Assembly: GCF_009914755.1 (NCBI RefSeq)
Contig: NC_060935.1
Strand: one strand, 5' to 3'
Length of the DNA: 64,000 nt
Source of the DNA: the human T2T-CHM13v2.0 reference genome, Homo sapiens
In this document: piece by piece, positions 1-12,406 of the stretch
How the letters are laid out: the number at the start of each line of letters is the position of its first letter
Numbering within the stretch: the stretch's first letter is position 1
The notes under the pieces: generated by a model
What the model was told of the DNA's origin: nothing
The model's database searches: none
Seen by the model: the letters and a program-made list of their open reading frames with translations, nothing else
Program-made: the position numbers and the translations under genes

Positions 1-3000
1 TGATGTGTGCATTCATCCCACAGGTTTGAACCACACTTTTGATTGAGCAGTTTGGAAACATTCTTTTTGTGGTACCTGAAAAGGGATATTTGTGAGCCCC
101 TTGAGGCCTATGGTAATAAAGGAAATATCTTCACATAAAACTAGCAAGGAGCTTTCTGAGAAGCTGCTTTGTGATGTGTGCATTCACCTCACAGAGGTAA
201 ATGTTTCTTTGCATTGAGCAGATTGGAAACACTGTTCTTGTAGAATCTGCAAAGCGATATTTGTGAGTGTTTTGAGGCCTATGTTGAAAAAGGATATATC
301 TGAACAAAAACTAGATGGCAGCTTTCTGAGAATCTTCTTCGTGATGTATGCACTCATCTCACAGAGTTGATCCAGTCCTTTGATTGAGCAGTTTGGAATC
401 AGTCTTTTTGTAGAATCTGCAAAGGGATATTTGTGAGCCCTTTGAGGCCTACATTAAAAATGGAAATATCTTCACATAAAAAAGTAGACATAAGGTTTCT
501 GAAAAACTGCTTTGTGATATGTGCATTCATCTCACAGAGGTAAATGTTTCTATTCATGGAGCAGATTGGAAAATCTGTTCTTGTAGAATCTGCAAAGGGA
601 TATTTGTGAGTGCTTTGAGACCTCTGGTGAAAAAGGAAATATCTTCACATGAAAACTAGATAGAAGTTTTCTCAGAAATTTCTTTGTGATGTGTGTATTC
701 ATCTCACGGATCTGAACGTTTCTTTTGATTGGGCTGTTTGGAAAAAGTCTTTTTGTAGAACCTGCAAGGGGATATTTGTGAGCAATTTTAGGCCTAGGGT
801 GAAAAAGGAAATATCGTCACATAAAAACTAGACAGAAGCTTTCTGAGAAACTTCTTCGTGAAATGTGCATGCATTTCACAGAGTTGAACCTCACTTTTGA
901 TTGAGCAGCTCAGAAACAGTCTTTTTGTAGAATCTGCAAATGGATATTTGTGACTGGTTTGAGGCCTATAGTGAAAAAGGAAGTATCTTCACATAAAAAC
1001 TAGACAGAAGCTTTCTGAGAATCTTCTTTGTGAACTGTGCATTCATCTCACAGAGTTGAACCTTTCTTTTGATTGAGCTCTTTGGAAACTTTTTTTTTAG
1101 AATCTGGAAAGGGATATTGCTGAGCCCTTTGAGGGCTATGGTGAAAAAGGAAATACCTTCACATAAAAACTAGAAAGAAGGTTTCTGAGAAACTGCTTTA
1201 TGATGTATATATTCATCTCACAGAGGTAAACCTTTCTTTTCATTGAGCAGATTGGAAACTCTGTTCTTGCAGAATCCTCAAAGGGATAATTGTGAGCGGT
1301 TTGAGGCCTATGGTGAAAAAGGAAATATCTTCACATAAAAACTAGATAGATTCTTTCTGAGAAACTTCTTTGTGATGCACGCACTCATTTCACAGAGTTT
1401 AAAGTTTCTTTTGATTGAGCAGTTTAAAAAGAGTCTTTTTGTAGAATCTGCAAAGGGATATTTGTGAGCAGTTTGTGTCCTATGGTGAAAAAGGAAATAT
1501 CTTCACATAAAAACTAGATAGACTGTTTCTGAGAAACTTCTTTTGAAGTGTGCATTCAACTCACAGAGTTGAAACTCACTTTTGATTGAGTAATTTGTAA
1601 GCAGTCTTTTTGTACAATCTGCAAATGGATATTTGTGAGCAGTTTGAGGCCTATGGTGAAAAAAGAAATATCTTCATAAAAAAACGAGGCAGAAGCTTTC
1701 TGAGAAACTTCTTTGTGATGTGTGTATTCATTGCACAGAGTTGAACCTTTCTTTTGATTAAGAAGTTTTGAAACAGTCTTTTTGTAGATTCTCCAAGGGG
1801 ATATTTGTCAGTGACTTGTGGCCTATGGTGAAAAAGGAAATATCTTCATATTAAAACTAGACAGAAGCATTCTGAGAAACTTCTTTGAGATGTTTGCATT
1901 CATCTCACAGAGGTAAATGTCTGTTTTCATCGAGCAATTTGGAAACTCTCTTCTTGTAGATCTGAAAAGGGATATTTGTGAGTGTTTTGAGACCTATGGT
2001 GAAAAAGGAAATATCTTCACATAAAACTAGGTAGAAGCTTTCTGAGAAATTTCTTTGTGACATGTGCATTCATTTCAAGAGTTGAAACATTTTTTTGATT
2101 GAGCAGTTTGGAAAACATCTTTTTTAAGATCTATAAAGGGATATTTGTGAGCACTTTGATGCTTATGGTTAAAAAGCTGATATCTTCACATAATAACTAG
2201 ATTGCAGTTTGTGAGTAACTTCTTTGTGATGTTTGTATTATTATCACACAGTTGAACTATTCTAATTATTGAGAAGCTTGGAAACTGCCTTTTTGCAGTG
2301 TCTGCAAATGCATATTGTTGAGTGCTTTGAGGCCTATGTTGAAAAAGGAAACATCTTCACATGAAAAAAAGAAATAAGCTTTCTGAGAAACTGCTTAGTT
2401 ATGTGTGCATTCATCTCACAGAGGTAAACTTTTCTATTCACTGAGCACGTTGGAAACTCTGTTTCTCTAGAATCTGCAAAGAGATACTTGTGAGTGCATT
2501 GAGGCCTAGTGTCAAAAAGGAAATATCTTCACATAAAAATAAGACAGAAGCATTCTGAGAACTTCTTTATGATGTGTGCATTCATTTCACAGAGATGAAC
2601 CATTCTTTTCATTGATTAGTATGGAAACAGTGTTTTTGTAGGATCTGCAAAGGGATATTTGTGAGTGCTTTCAGGCCTATGGTGAAAAGGTAAATATCAT
2701 CACAAAAAAATAGAAAGAAGGTTCCTGAAAAACTAGAAAGAGGTTTTCTGAGAAACTGCTTTATGATGTGTGCATTCATCTCACAGAGGTAAACGTTTCT
2801 TTTCATTGAGAAGTTTGGAAACTCGGTTCCTCTAGAATCTGCAAAGGGATATTTGTGAGCACTTTGAGTCCCATGGTGAAAAAGGAAATATCTTCACATA
2901 AAAAGTAGAAAGAAGCTTTCTGAGAAACTGCTTTGTGATGTGTCAATTCATCTCACTGAAGTAAATTTTCCTGTCATTGAGCAGTTTGGAAATTCTGTCC

Positions 3001-6000
3001 TTCTAGAATCTGCAAACGGATATTTGTGAGAGCTTTGAGGCCTGTAGTGAAAAAGGAAATATCTACTCATAAAAACTAGACAGAACCATTCAGAGAAACA
3101 TCTTCAGGATGTGTGCATTCATCTCATCTCACAGGGATGAAACATTCCTTTGATTGAGCAGTTTGGAATCAGTCTTTTTGAAGAATATGAAAAGGAATAT
3201 TACTGAGCGCTTTGAGGTCTATGGTGAAAAAGGAAATATCTTCACATAAAAACTGGAAAGAAGATTTAATACAGACTGCTTTCTGATGTGTGCATTAGTG
3301 TCACAGTCTTGAAACATTCTTTTCATTGAGCAGTTTTGAAACTCTTTTCTTGTAGGATCTGCAAAGGGATATTTGTGAGTGCTTTGAAGCATATGGTGAA
3401 AAGGGAAACATCTTCACATAGAAACTGGACAGAAGCTTTCTGAGAAACTGCTTTGTGATGTGTCCATTCATTTCACAGAAGTAAACGTTTCCTTTCATTG
3501 AGCAGTTTGGAAAATCTGTTCTTGTAGAATCTGCAAAGGGATATTTGGGAGCTCTTTGAGGCCTATGGTGAAAATGGAAATATCTTCACATAAATACCAT
3601 ATATAAGATTTCTGAGAAACTTCTTTGTGATGTGTGCATTCATCTCACAGAGTTGAACCATTCTTTTGATGGAGCAGTTTGGAAACAGTCTTTTTGTAGA
3701 ATCTGCAAAGGTATATTTTTGAGAGCTTTGAGGTCTATGTTGAAAAGAAATATCTTCTTAAAAAAACTAGATAGAAACTCTCTGAGAAACATCTTCTGTT
3801 ATGTGTGCATTCATTTCACAAGATTGAACCATTCTCTTGAATGAGCACTTTGGAAATACACTTTTTGTGGTATCTATGAAGGGATATTTGGCAGCACTTT
3901 GAGGCCTATGGTGAAAAAGGAAATATCTTCACATAAAAAATAGAAAAAGGCTTTATGAGAAACTGCTTTGTGATGTGTGCATTCATTTCACAGAGTTGAA
4001 CCATTTTTTCATTTAGCAGTTTGGAAACTCTGTTCTTCTAAAATCTGCAAAGGCATATTTTTGAGCTCTGTGAGACCTATGGTGAAAAAGGAAATATCTT
4101 CAAATAAAAACCAGAAAGAAGCTTTCTGAGAAACTGCTTTGTTATGTGTGCATTCACCTCACAGAGTTGAAACATTATTTTCATTGAGGAATTTGAAAAC
4201 TGTGTTTTTGTAAGATTTGCAAAGGTATATTTGTGAGTGCTTTGAGGCCTATAGTGAAAAATTAAATATGTTCCCATAAAAACTAGACAGAAGCTTTCTG
4301 AGAAACTTCTTTGTGATGTGTGCATTCATCTCCAAGAATTGAACCATTCTTTTGATTCAGCATTTTGGGGACAGTCTTTTTGTAGAATCTGCAAAGGGAT
4401 ACATGGGAGCTCTTTGAGTCCTATGGTGAAAAAGGAAATAACTTCACATAAAAACTAGAAAGAAGCTTTCTGAGAAACTGCTTTGTGGTATGGCCATTCA
4501 TCTCACAGAAAAAAAGGTTTCCTTTCATATAGCAGTTTGTAAAGTCTGTCCTTCTAGAATCTGCAAAGGGATATTTGTGAGCTCTTTGAGGCCTATGGTG
4601 AAAAAGGAAATATCTTCATGTAAAAACTAGAAAGAAGGTTTCTGAGAAACTGCTTTGTTATGTCTGTGTTCATCTTACAGAGGTAAAAGTTTCTTTTCTT
4701 TGAGCAGTTTGGAAACTCTCCTATAATATGCAAAGTGATATTTGTAAGTGATATGAGTCCTATGGTGAAAAAGGGAATATCATCACAAAAAAATTATAAA
4801 GAAGCTTTCTGAGAAGCTACTTTGAGATGTGTGCATTCATCTCAAACAGTTGAACCATTCGTTTCATTGAGCAGTTTGGAAATATCTTTTTGTGGAATCC
4901 AAAAAGGTCTATTTATGAGTGCTTTGAGGCCTATGATGAAAAAGGTAATATCTTCACATAAAAACTAGACAGAAGGTTTCTGGGAAACTTCTTTGTGATG
5001 TGTGCATTCATCTCACAGAGGTAAACGTTTCCTTTCATTGAACAGTTTGCAAACTCTGTTTTTGCAGAATCTGCAAAGGGATATTTGTGAGTGCTTTCAG
5101 GCCTACAGTGAAAAGGGAAATGACTTCACATAAAAAATAGAAAGAAGGTTTCTGAGAAACTGCTTTGTGATATGTGCCTACATGTCACAGAGCTAAAGGT
5201 TCCTTTTCATTGAGCACTTTGGAAACTCTCTTCTTGCAGAATCTGCAAATGTATATTTGTGAGTGCTTTGAGGCCTATGGTGAAAAAGGAAGTATATTCA
5301 CATAAAAATTAGAAAGAAGGTTTCTAGAAAGTACTTTGTGAGGTGTGCATTCATTTCACAGTGGCAAACATTTCTTTTCTTCGAGTAGTTTGGAAACTCT
5401 GTTTCTCTAGAACATGCAAAGGGATATTTCTGAGCGCTTTGAGAGCTATGTTGAAAAAGGATATATCTTCTCATAAAAACTAGACAGAAGCTTTCTGAGA
5501 AACTTCTTAGATGTGTGCATTCATCTCACAGTGTTGAACCATTCTTTTGGTTCAGCAGTTTGGAAACAGTCTTTTTGTCGTATCTGCAAAGGGATATTTG
5601 TGAGCGCTTTGAGGCCTATGGTGAAAAGGAAATATCTTCACATAATAAGGAGAAAGAAGGTTCCTGAGAAAATGCTTTGTGATGTGTGCATTCATCTCAC
5701 CGAGGTAAACATTTGTTTTCATTGGTCCATTTGGAAACTGTGTTCTTGTAGCATCTGCAAAGGGATATTTGTGAGCACTTTGAGGTCTATGGTGAAAAAG
5801 GAGATATCTTCACATAAAAACTAGACCGAAGGTTTCTCAGAAACTTCTTTGTGAAGTGTCCATTCATCTCACAGAGTTAAACCTAACTTTTGATTGAGCA
5901 ATTTGGAAACAGTCCTTTTGTACTATCTGCAAAGGAATATTTGAGAGAGCTTTGAGGCCTGTGGTAAAAAGGAAATATCTTCACATAAAAGCTAGAGAGA

Positions 6001-9000
6001 AGCTTTCTTAGAAACTGTTTTGTATTGTGTCTATTCATCTCAGAGAAGTAAACGTTTCCTTTCATTGAGCAGTTTGGAAACTCTGTCCTTCTAGAATCAT
6101 CAAAGGGATATTTGTGAGCACTTTGGGGACTATGGTGAAAAAGGAAACATTTTCACATAAAAGCTAGAAAGAAGTTCTTTGAGAAACTGCTTTGTGTTGT
6201 TTCCATTCATCTCAGAGAAGTAAAGATTTCCTTTCATTGAGCAGTTCGGAAATTCTGTCCTTCAAGAATCTGCAAAGGGACATTTGTGAGCACTTTGGGG
6301 CCTATGGTGAAAAAGGAAATATCTTCCCATAAAAACTAGACAGAATCTTTATGAGAGACTGCTTTGTGATGTGTGCATTCAACTCCCAGAGTTGAAACAT
6401 TCTTTTGATTGAGCAGTTTGCAAACAGTCTTTTTGAAGAATCTGCAAAGGGAAATTTGTGAGCGCTTTGAGGCCTTTGGAGAAAAAGGAAATGTATTCAC
6501 AGAAAAACTGGAAAGAAAGCTTCTGATAAACTGCTTTATAATGTGTACAATCATTTCACAGAGATCAGTGTTTCTTTTCATTGAGCAGCTTGGAAACTAT
6601 TTTTGTAGAATCTGAAAATGGATATTTTTCAGTGCTTTGATGCCTGCGTTAAAAAAGGAATTATCTTCACATAAAAAATAGAAAATTTCTGAGAAACTTC
6701 TTTGTGATGCATGAATTTATGCCACCGAGTTGAACCATTTTATGATTGAGCAGTTTGGAAACAGTCTTTTTGTGGAATCTGCAAAGAGATATTTGTGAGT
6801 GCATTGAGGCCTACAGTAAAAAAGAAAATATCTTCACATAAAAACTAGCAAGGAGCTTTCTAAGAAACTGCTTTGTGATGCGTGCATTCATCTCACAGAG
6901 GTAAATGTTTCTTTGCATTGAACAGTGAAAACTCTGTTCTTGTAGAATCTGCAAAGTGATATTTGTGAGTGTTTTGAGGCCTATGGTGAAAAAGGAAATA
7001 TCTTCAGAAAAACTAGACAGAAGCTTTCTGAGAATATTCTTTGTGATATATGCATTCATCTCAAAGAATTGAACGACCTCTTTGTTTGAGCAGTTTGGGA
7101 ACAGCCTTTTTGTAGATTCTGCAAAGGGATATTTGTAAGCCCTTTGAGGACTATGGTGAAAACGTAAATATCTTCACATAACTAGACAGAAGGTTGCTGA
7201 AAAGCTGCTTTGTGATGTGTGATTCACCTCAAAGAGGTAAAAGTTTCTTTTCATTGAGCAGATTGGAAACACTGCTCTTGTAGAATCTGCAAAGGGATAT
7301 ATTTGAGTGGTTTCAGGCCTATGGTGAAAAAGGAAAAATCTCCACATAAAAACTAGACAGAAGCATTCTGAAAAACTTGTTTGTGATTGGTGCATTCATC
7401 TCACACAGTTGAACCTCACTTTTGATTGAGCAGTTTGGAAACAGTCTTTCTGTAGAAAGTGGAAACAAATATTTGTGAGTGGTTTGAGGCCTGTGGTGAA
7501 AAAGGAAATATCCTCACATAAAAACTAGACAGAAACTTCCTGAGAATCTTCTTTGTGATGTGTGCATTCGTCTCACAGAGCTGAATATTTCTTTTAATTG
7601 AGCACTTTGGAAATATTTTTTCTTTTTGCAAACTGGAAAGGGATATTGGTGAGCCCTTTGGGGAATATGGTGAAAAAGGAAATAACTTCACATAAAAACT
7701 AGAAAGAAGGTTTCTGAGAAACTGCTTTGTGATGTGTGCATTTATCTCACAGAGGTAAACTTTTCTTTTCATTGAGCAGATTGGAAACTCCCTACTTGTA
7801 GAATCTGCAAAGGGATAATTGTGAGCACTTTGAGGCCTATGGTGAAAAAAGAAATATCTTCACATAAAAACTAGACAGAAGCTTTCTGAGAAGCTACTTT
7901 GTGAAGTGTGCATTCATCTCACAGAGTTGAGCCTTTCTTTTGATTGAGCAGTTTGGAAACAGTCTTTTTGTAGAATCTACAAAGGCATATCTGTGAGTGG
8001 TTTGAGACCTATGGTGAAAAAGGAATTATCTTCATATAAAAACTAGACAGAAGCTTCTCAGAAACTTCTTTGTTATGTGTGCATTCATCTCACAGAGTTG
8101 AAACTTTCTTTGATTGAGCAGTTTGGAAACAGTGTTTTGTAGAATCTGCAATGGGATATTGGTGAGCGGTTTGAGGCCCATGGTGTAAAAGGAAATATCT
8201 TCACATAAAAACTAGACAGAAGCTTTCTGAGAAACTTCTTCTTTGAGATGTGTGAATTCATCTCACAGAGTTGAATCTTTCTTTTGATTGAACAGTTTGG
8301 AAACAGTCTTTTTGTAGAGCCTTCAAAGGGATATTTGTGAGTGCTTTGAGGCCTATGGTGAAAAATGAAATATCTTCAGACAAAAACTACAGAGAAGCCT
8401 TCTGAGAAACTACTTTGTGATGTGTATATTCATCTCAGACAGTTTTAACTCTCTTTTCCTTGAGCAGCTTGGAAACAGTCTTTTTGTTGAATCTGAAGAT
8501 GGATATTTGCGCGTGGTTTGAGACATGTGGTGAAATAGGAAATATCTTCACATAAAAAGTAGACAGAAGCTTCCTGAGAAACTTCTTTGTGATGTGTGCA
8601 TTCATCTCACAGAGCTGAAATTGTTTTCATTGAGCAGTTTGGAAACAGTCTTTGTGTAGAATCTTCAAAGGGATATTTGCCAGTGGTTTGAGGCCTATGG
8701 GGAAAAAGGAAATATCTTCATATAAAACTAGACAGAAGCTTTCTGAGAAACTTCCTTGTGATGTGTGCATTCATCTCACAGAGGTAAACGTTTCTTTTCA
8801 CTGAGCAGTTTGGAAACTCTGTTCTTGTAGAATCTGCACAGGGATAATTGTGAGCGATTTGAGGCCTGTGGTGAAAAATGAAATATCTTCACATAAAAAC
8901 TAGACAGATGCCTTTTGGGAAACTACTTTATGATGCATGCATTCATCTCACAGAGGTGAACGTTTCTTTTAATTGAGCAGTTTGGAAACAGTCTTTTTGT

Positions 9001-9428
9001 AGAATCTGTAAAGGGATATTTGTGAGTGGTTTGAGGCCTATGGTGAAAAATGAAATATCTTCACATGAAAACTAGACAGAAGCTTTCTGAGTCAATTCTT
9101 TGTGATGTTTGTTTTCATCTCACAGAGTTGAAACTTTCTTTTGATTCAGCAGTTTGGGGTCAGTCTTTTGTAGAATCTACAAAGGGATATTTGTGAGTCC
9201 TTTGAGGCCTATGGTGAAAAAGCAAGTATCTTCACATAAAAACTGCACACAAGATTTGTGAGAAACTGCTTTACAGTGTGTGCATTCATTTCACAGAAGT
9301 AAAGGTTTCTTTTCATTGAACACATTGGAAACTCTCTTCTTGTAGAATCTGCAAAGGGATATTTATTTGTGAGCACTTTGAAGCCTATGGTTGAAAAGAA
9401 ATATCTTCACAGAAAAACTAGACAGAAG
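1..9428 (+). repeat. Monomeric alpha satellite (ALR), consensus orientation, two interspersed monomer types
   Basis: Tandem ~172-bp units with hallmark TGTGATGTGTGCATTCATCTCACAGAG...TTGAGCAGTTTGGAAAC...GTAGAATCTGCAAAGGGATATTTG...GAGGCCTATGGTGAAAAAGGAAATATCTTCACATAAAAACTAGACAGAAG; neighbouring monomers clearly diverged. Confidence 0.98.
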
Positions 9429-10459
9429 GGTGGAACCAAGATGGCTGAGTAGGAACAGCTCCAGTCTACTGCTCCCAGTGTGAGTGATGCAGAAGAGGGG
9501 TGATTTCTGCATTTCCATCTGAGGTACAGGGTTCATCTCACTAGGGAGTGCCAGACAGTGGGTGCAGCACACCGTGTGTGAGCCAAAGCAGGGCGAGGCA
9601 TTGCCTCACTCGGGAAGCACAAGGAGTCAGGGATTTCCCTTTCCTAGTCAAAGAAAGGGGTGACAGACAGCACCTGGAAAATCGGGTCACTCCCACCCTA
9701 ATACAGTGCTTTTCCAATGGGCTTAAAAAACGGCACACCAGGAGATTATATCCCGCATCTGGCTCAGAGGGACCTACGCCCACGGAGTCTCAATGATTGC
9801 TAGCACAGCAGTCTGAGCTCACACTACAAGGTGGCAGTGAGGCTGGGGAAGGAGCTCCTGCCATTGCCCAGGCTTGATTAGGTAAACAAAGCAGCCAGGA
9901 AGCTCGAACTGGGTGGAGCCCACCACAGCTCAAGGAGGCATGCCTGCCTCTGTAGGCTCCACCTCTGGGCGGAAATGCACAGACAAACAAAAAGACAGCA
10001 GTAACACCTGTAGACTTAAATGGCCCTTTCTGACAGCTTTGAAGAGAGTAGTGGTTCTCCCAGTACGCAGCTGGAGATCTGAGAATGGGCCGACTGTCTC
10101 CTCAAGTGGGTCCTTGACCCACAAGCAGCCTAAGTGGGAGGCAACCCCCAGTAAGGGCAGACTGACACCTCACACAGCTGGGTAGTCCTCTGAGACAAAA
10201 CCTCCAGAGGAACAATCAGCCAGCAGAATTTGCGTTTCACTAAGATCTGCTGTTCCACAGCCACCGCTGTTCTGCAGCCACCGCTGCTGATATCCAGGAA
10301 AACAGTGTCTGGAGTGGACCTCTAGCAAACTCCAACAGACCTGCAGCTGAGGGTCCTGTCTGTTAGAAGGAAAACTAACAAACAGAAAGGACATCCACAC
10401 AAAAAAATCCTTCTGTACGTCACCATGATCAAAGACCAAAAGTAGATAAAACCCCAAAG

Positions 10460-11473
10460 ATGGGGAAAAAACAGCAGAAAAACTGGAAACTCTAAAAAGC
10501 AGAGCACGTCTCCTCCTCCAAAGGAATGCAGCACCTCACCAGCAATGGAACAAAGCTGGATGGAGAATGACTTTGACGAGCTGTGAGAAGAAGTCTTCAG
10601 ATGATCAAACTACTCTGAGCTACAGGAGGAAATTCAAGCCAATGGCAAAGAAGTTAAAAACTTTCAAAAAAAATTAGACGAATGGATAACTAGAATAACC
10701 AATGCAGAGAAGTCCTTAAAGGAACTGATGGAGCTGAAAGCCAAGGCTCAAGAACTACGTGAAGAATGCAGAAGCCTCAGGAGCCGATGCAATCAACTGG
10801 AAGAAAGGATATCAGTGATGGAAGACGAAATGAATGCAATGAAGCAAGCAGGAAAGTTTAGATAAAAAAGAATAAAAAGAACTGAACAAAGCCTCCAAGA
10901 AATATGGGACTATGTGAAAAGACCAAATCTATGTCTGATTGACGTACCTGAAAGTAATGGGGAGAATGGAACCAAGTTGGAAAACACTCTGCAGGATATT
11001 ATCCAGGAGAACTTCCCCAATCTAGCAAGCAGGCCAACATTCAGATTCAGAAAATACAGAGAACGACCCAAAGATACTCCTTGAGAAGAACAACTCCAAG
11101 ACACATAATTCTCAGATTCACCAAAGTTGAAATGAAGGAAGAAATTTTAAGGGCAGCCAGAGAGAAAGGTCGGGTTACCCACAAAGGGAAGCCCATCAGA
11201 GTAACAGCTGATCTCTCGGCAGAAACTCTACAAGCCAGAAGAGAGTGGGGGCCACTATTCAACATTCTTAAAGAAAAGAATTTTCAACTCAGAATTTCAT
11301 ATCCAGCCAAACTAAGCTTCATAAGTGAAAGAGAAATAAAATACTTTACAGACAAGTAAATGCTGAGAGATTTTGTCACCACCAGGCATGCCCTAAAAGA
11401 GCTCCTGAGGGAAGCACTAAACATGGAAAGGAACAACCGGTACCAACCACTGCAAAAACATGCCAAAATGTAG
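10460..11473 (+). pseudogene. L1 #1 ORF1p, disrupted
   Basis: ATGGGGAAAAAACAG at 10460; 2-bp deletion near codon 5 and internal stops; fragment 11081-11359 (RRTTPRHIILRFTKVEMKE...YPAKLSF). Confidence 0.9.
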
Positions 11474-11535
11474 GACCATCAAAGCTAGGAAGAAACTGTA
11501 TCACCTAATGAGCAAAATAACCAGCTAAGATCATA

Positions 11536-12406
11536 ATGACAGGACAAAATACACACATAACAACATTAACTTTAAATGTAAATAGGCTAAAGTCTCCAAT
11601 TAAAAGACACAGACTGGCAAATTGGATAAAGAGTCAAGACCCATCAATGTGCTGTATTCAGGAAACCCATCTCACATGCAGAGACACACATAGGCTCAAA
11701 ATAAAGGGATGGAGGAAGATCTACCAAGCAAATGGAAAAAAAAAAACAGGGGTTGCAATCCTAGTCTCTGATAAAACAGACTTTAAACCAACAAAGATCA
11801 AAAGAGACAAAGAAGGCCATTACATAATGGTAAAGGGATCAATTCAACAAGAAGAGCTAACTATCCTAAATATATATGCACCCAATACAGGAGCACCCAG
11901 ATTCATTAAGTGAGTCCTTAGTGACCTACAAAGAGACTTAGACTCCCACACAGTAATAATGGGAGACTTTAGCACCCCACTGTCAACTTTAGACAGATCA
12001 ACGAGACAGAAAGTTAACAAGGATACCCAAGAATTGAACTCAGCTCTGCACCAAGTAGACATAATAGACATCTACAGAACTTTCCACCCCAGGTCAACAG
12101 AATATACGTTCTTTTCAGCACCACACCACACCTATTCCAAAATTGACCACATAGTTGGAAGTAAAGCACTCCTCAGCAAATGTAAAAGAACAGAAATTAT
12201 AACAAACTGTCTTTCAGACCACAGTGCAATCAAATTAGAACTCAAGACTAAGAAACTCACTCAAAACTGCTCAACTACATGGAAACAAAACAACCTGCTC
12301 ATGAATGACTACTGGGTACATAACAAAATGAAGGCAGAAAAAAAGATGTTCTTTGAAACCAATGAGAACAAAGATACAACATACCAGAATCTCTGGGACA
12401 CATTCA
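11536..12406 (+). pseudogene. L1 #1 ORF2p endonuclease-domain fragment
   Basis: ORFs 11536-11913 and 11959-12465 match L1 EN; stop at 11911-11913; translation runs into satellite after ...NLWDTF. Confidence 0.92.

Larger units (their letters stand above)
9429..12406 (+). mobile_element. LINE-1 #1 (L1PA3/L1PA4-like): 5'UTR + ORF1 + ORF2 endonuclease part; 3' half missing
   Basis: Starts GGTGGAACCAAGATGGCTGAGTAGGAACAGCTCC (L1 5' end); ORF track gives ORF1 and APE endonuclease peptides (MTGQNTHITTLTLNVN..., MGDFSTPLS..., [10 protein letters not shown]); ends at CTCTGGGACACATTCA and joins alpha satellite with no 3'UTR, poly(A) or TSD. Confidence 0.96.

Noticed and set aside
2700-3130. Small direct duplications (~23 bp near 2705-2750; TCATC repeat near 3119-3130)
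   Set aside because: Ordinary slippage with no wider pattern
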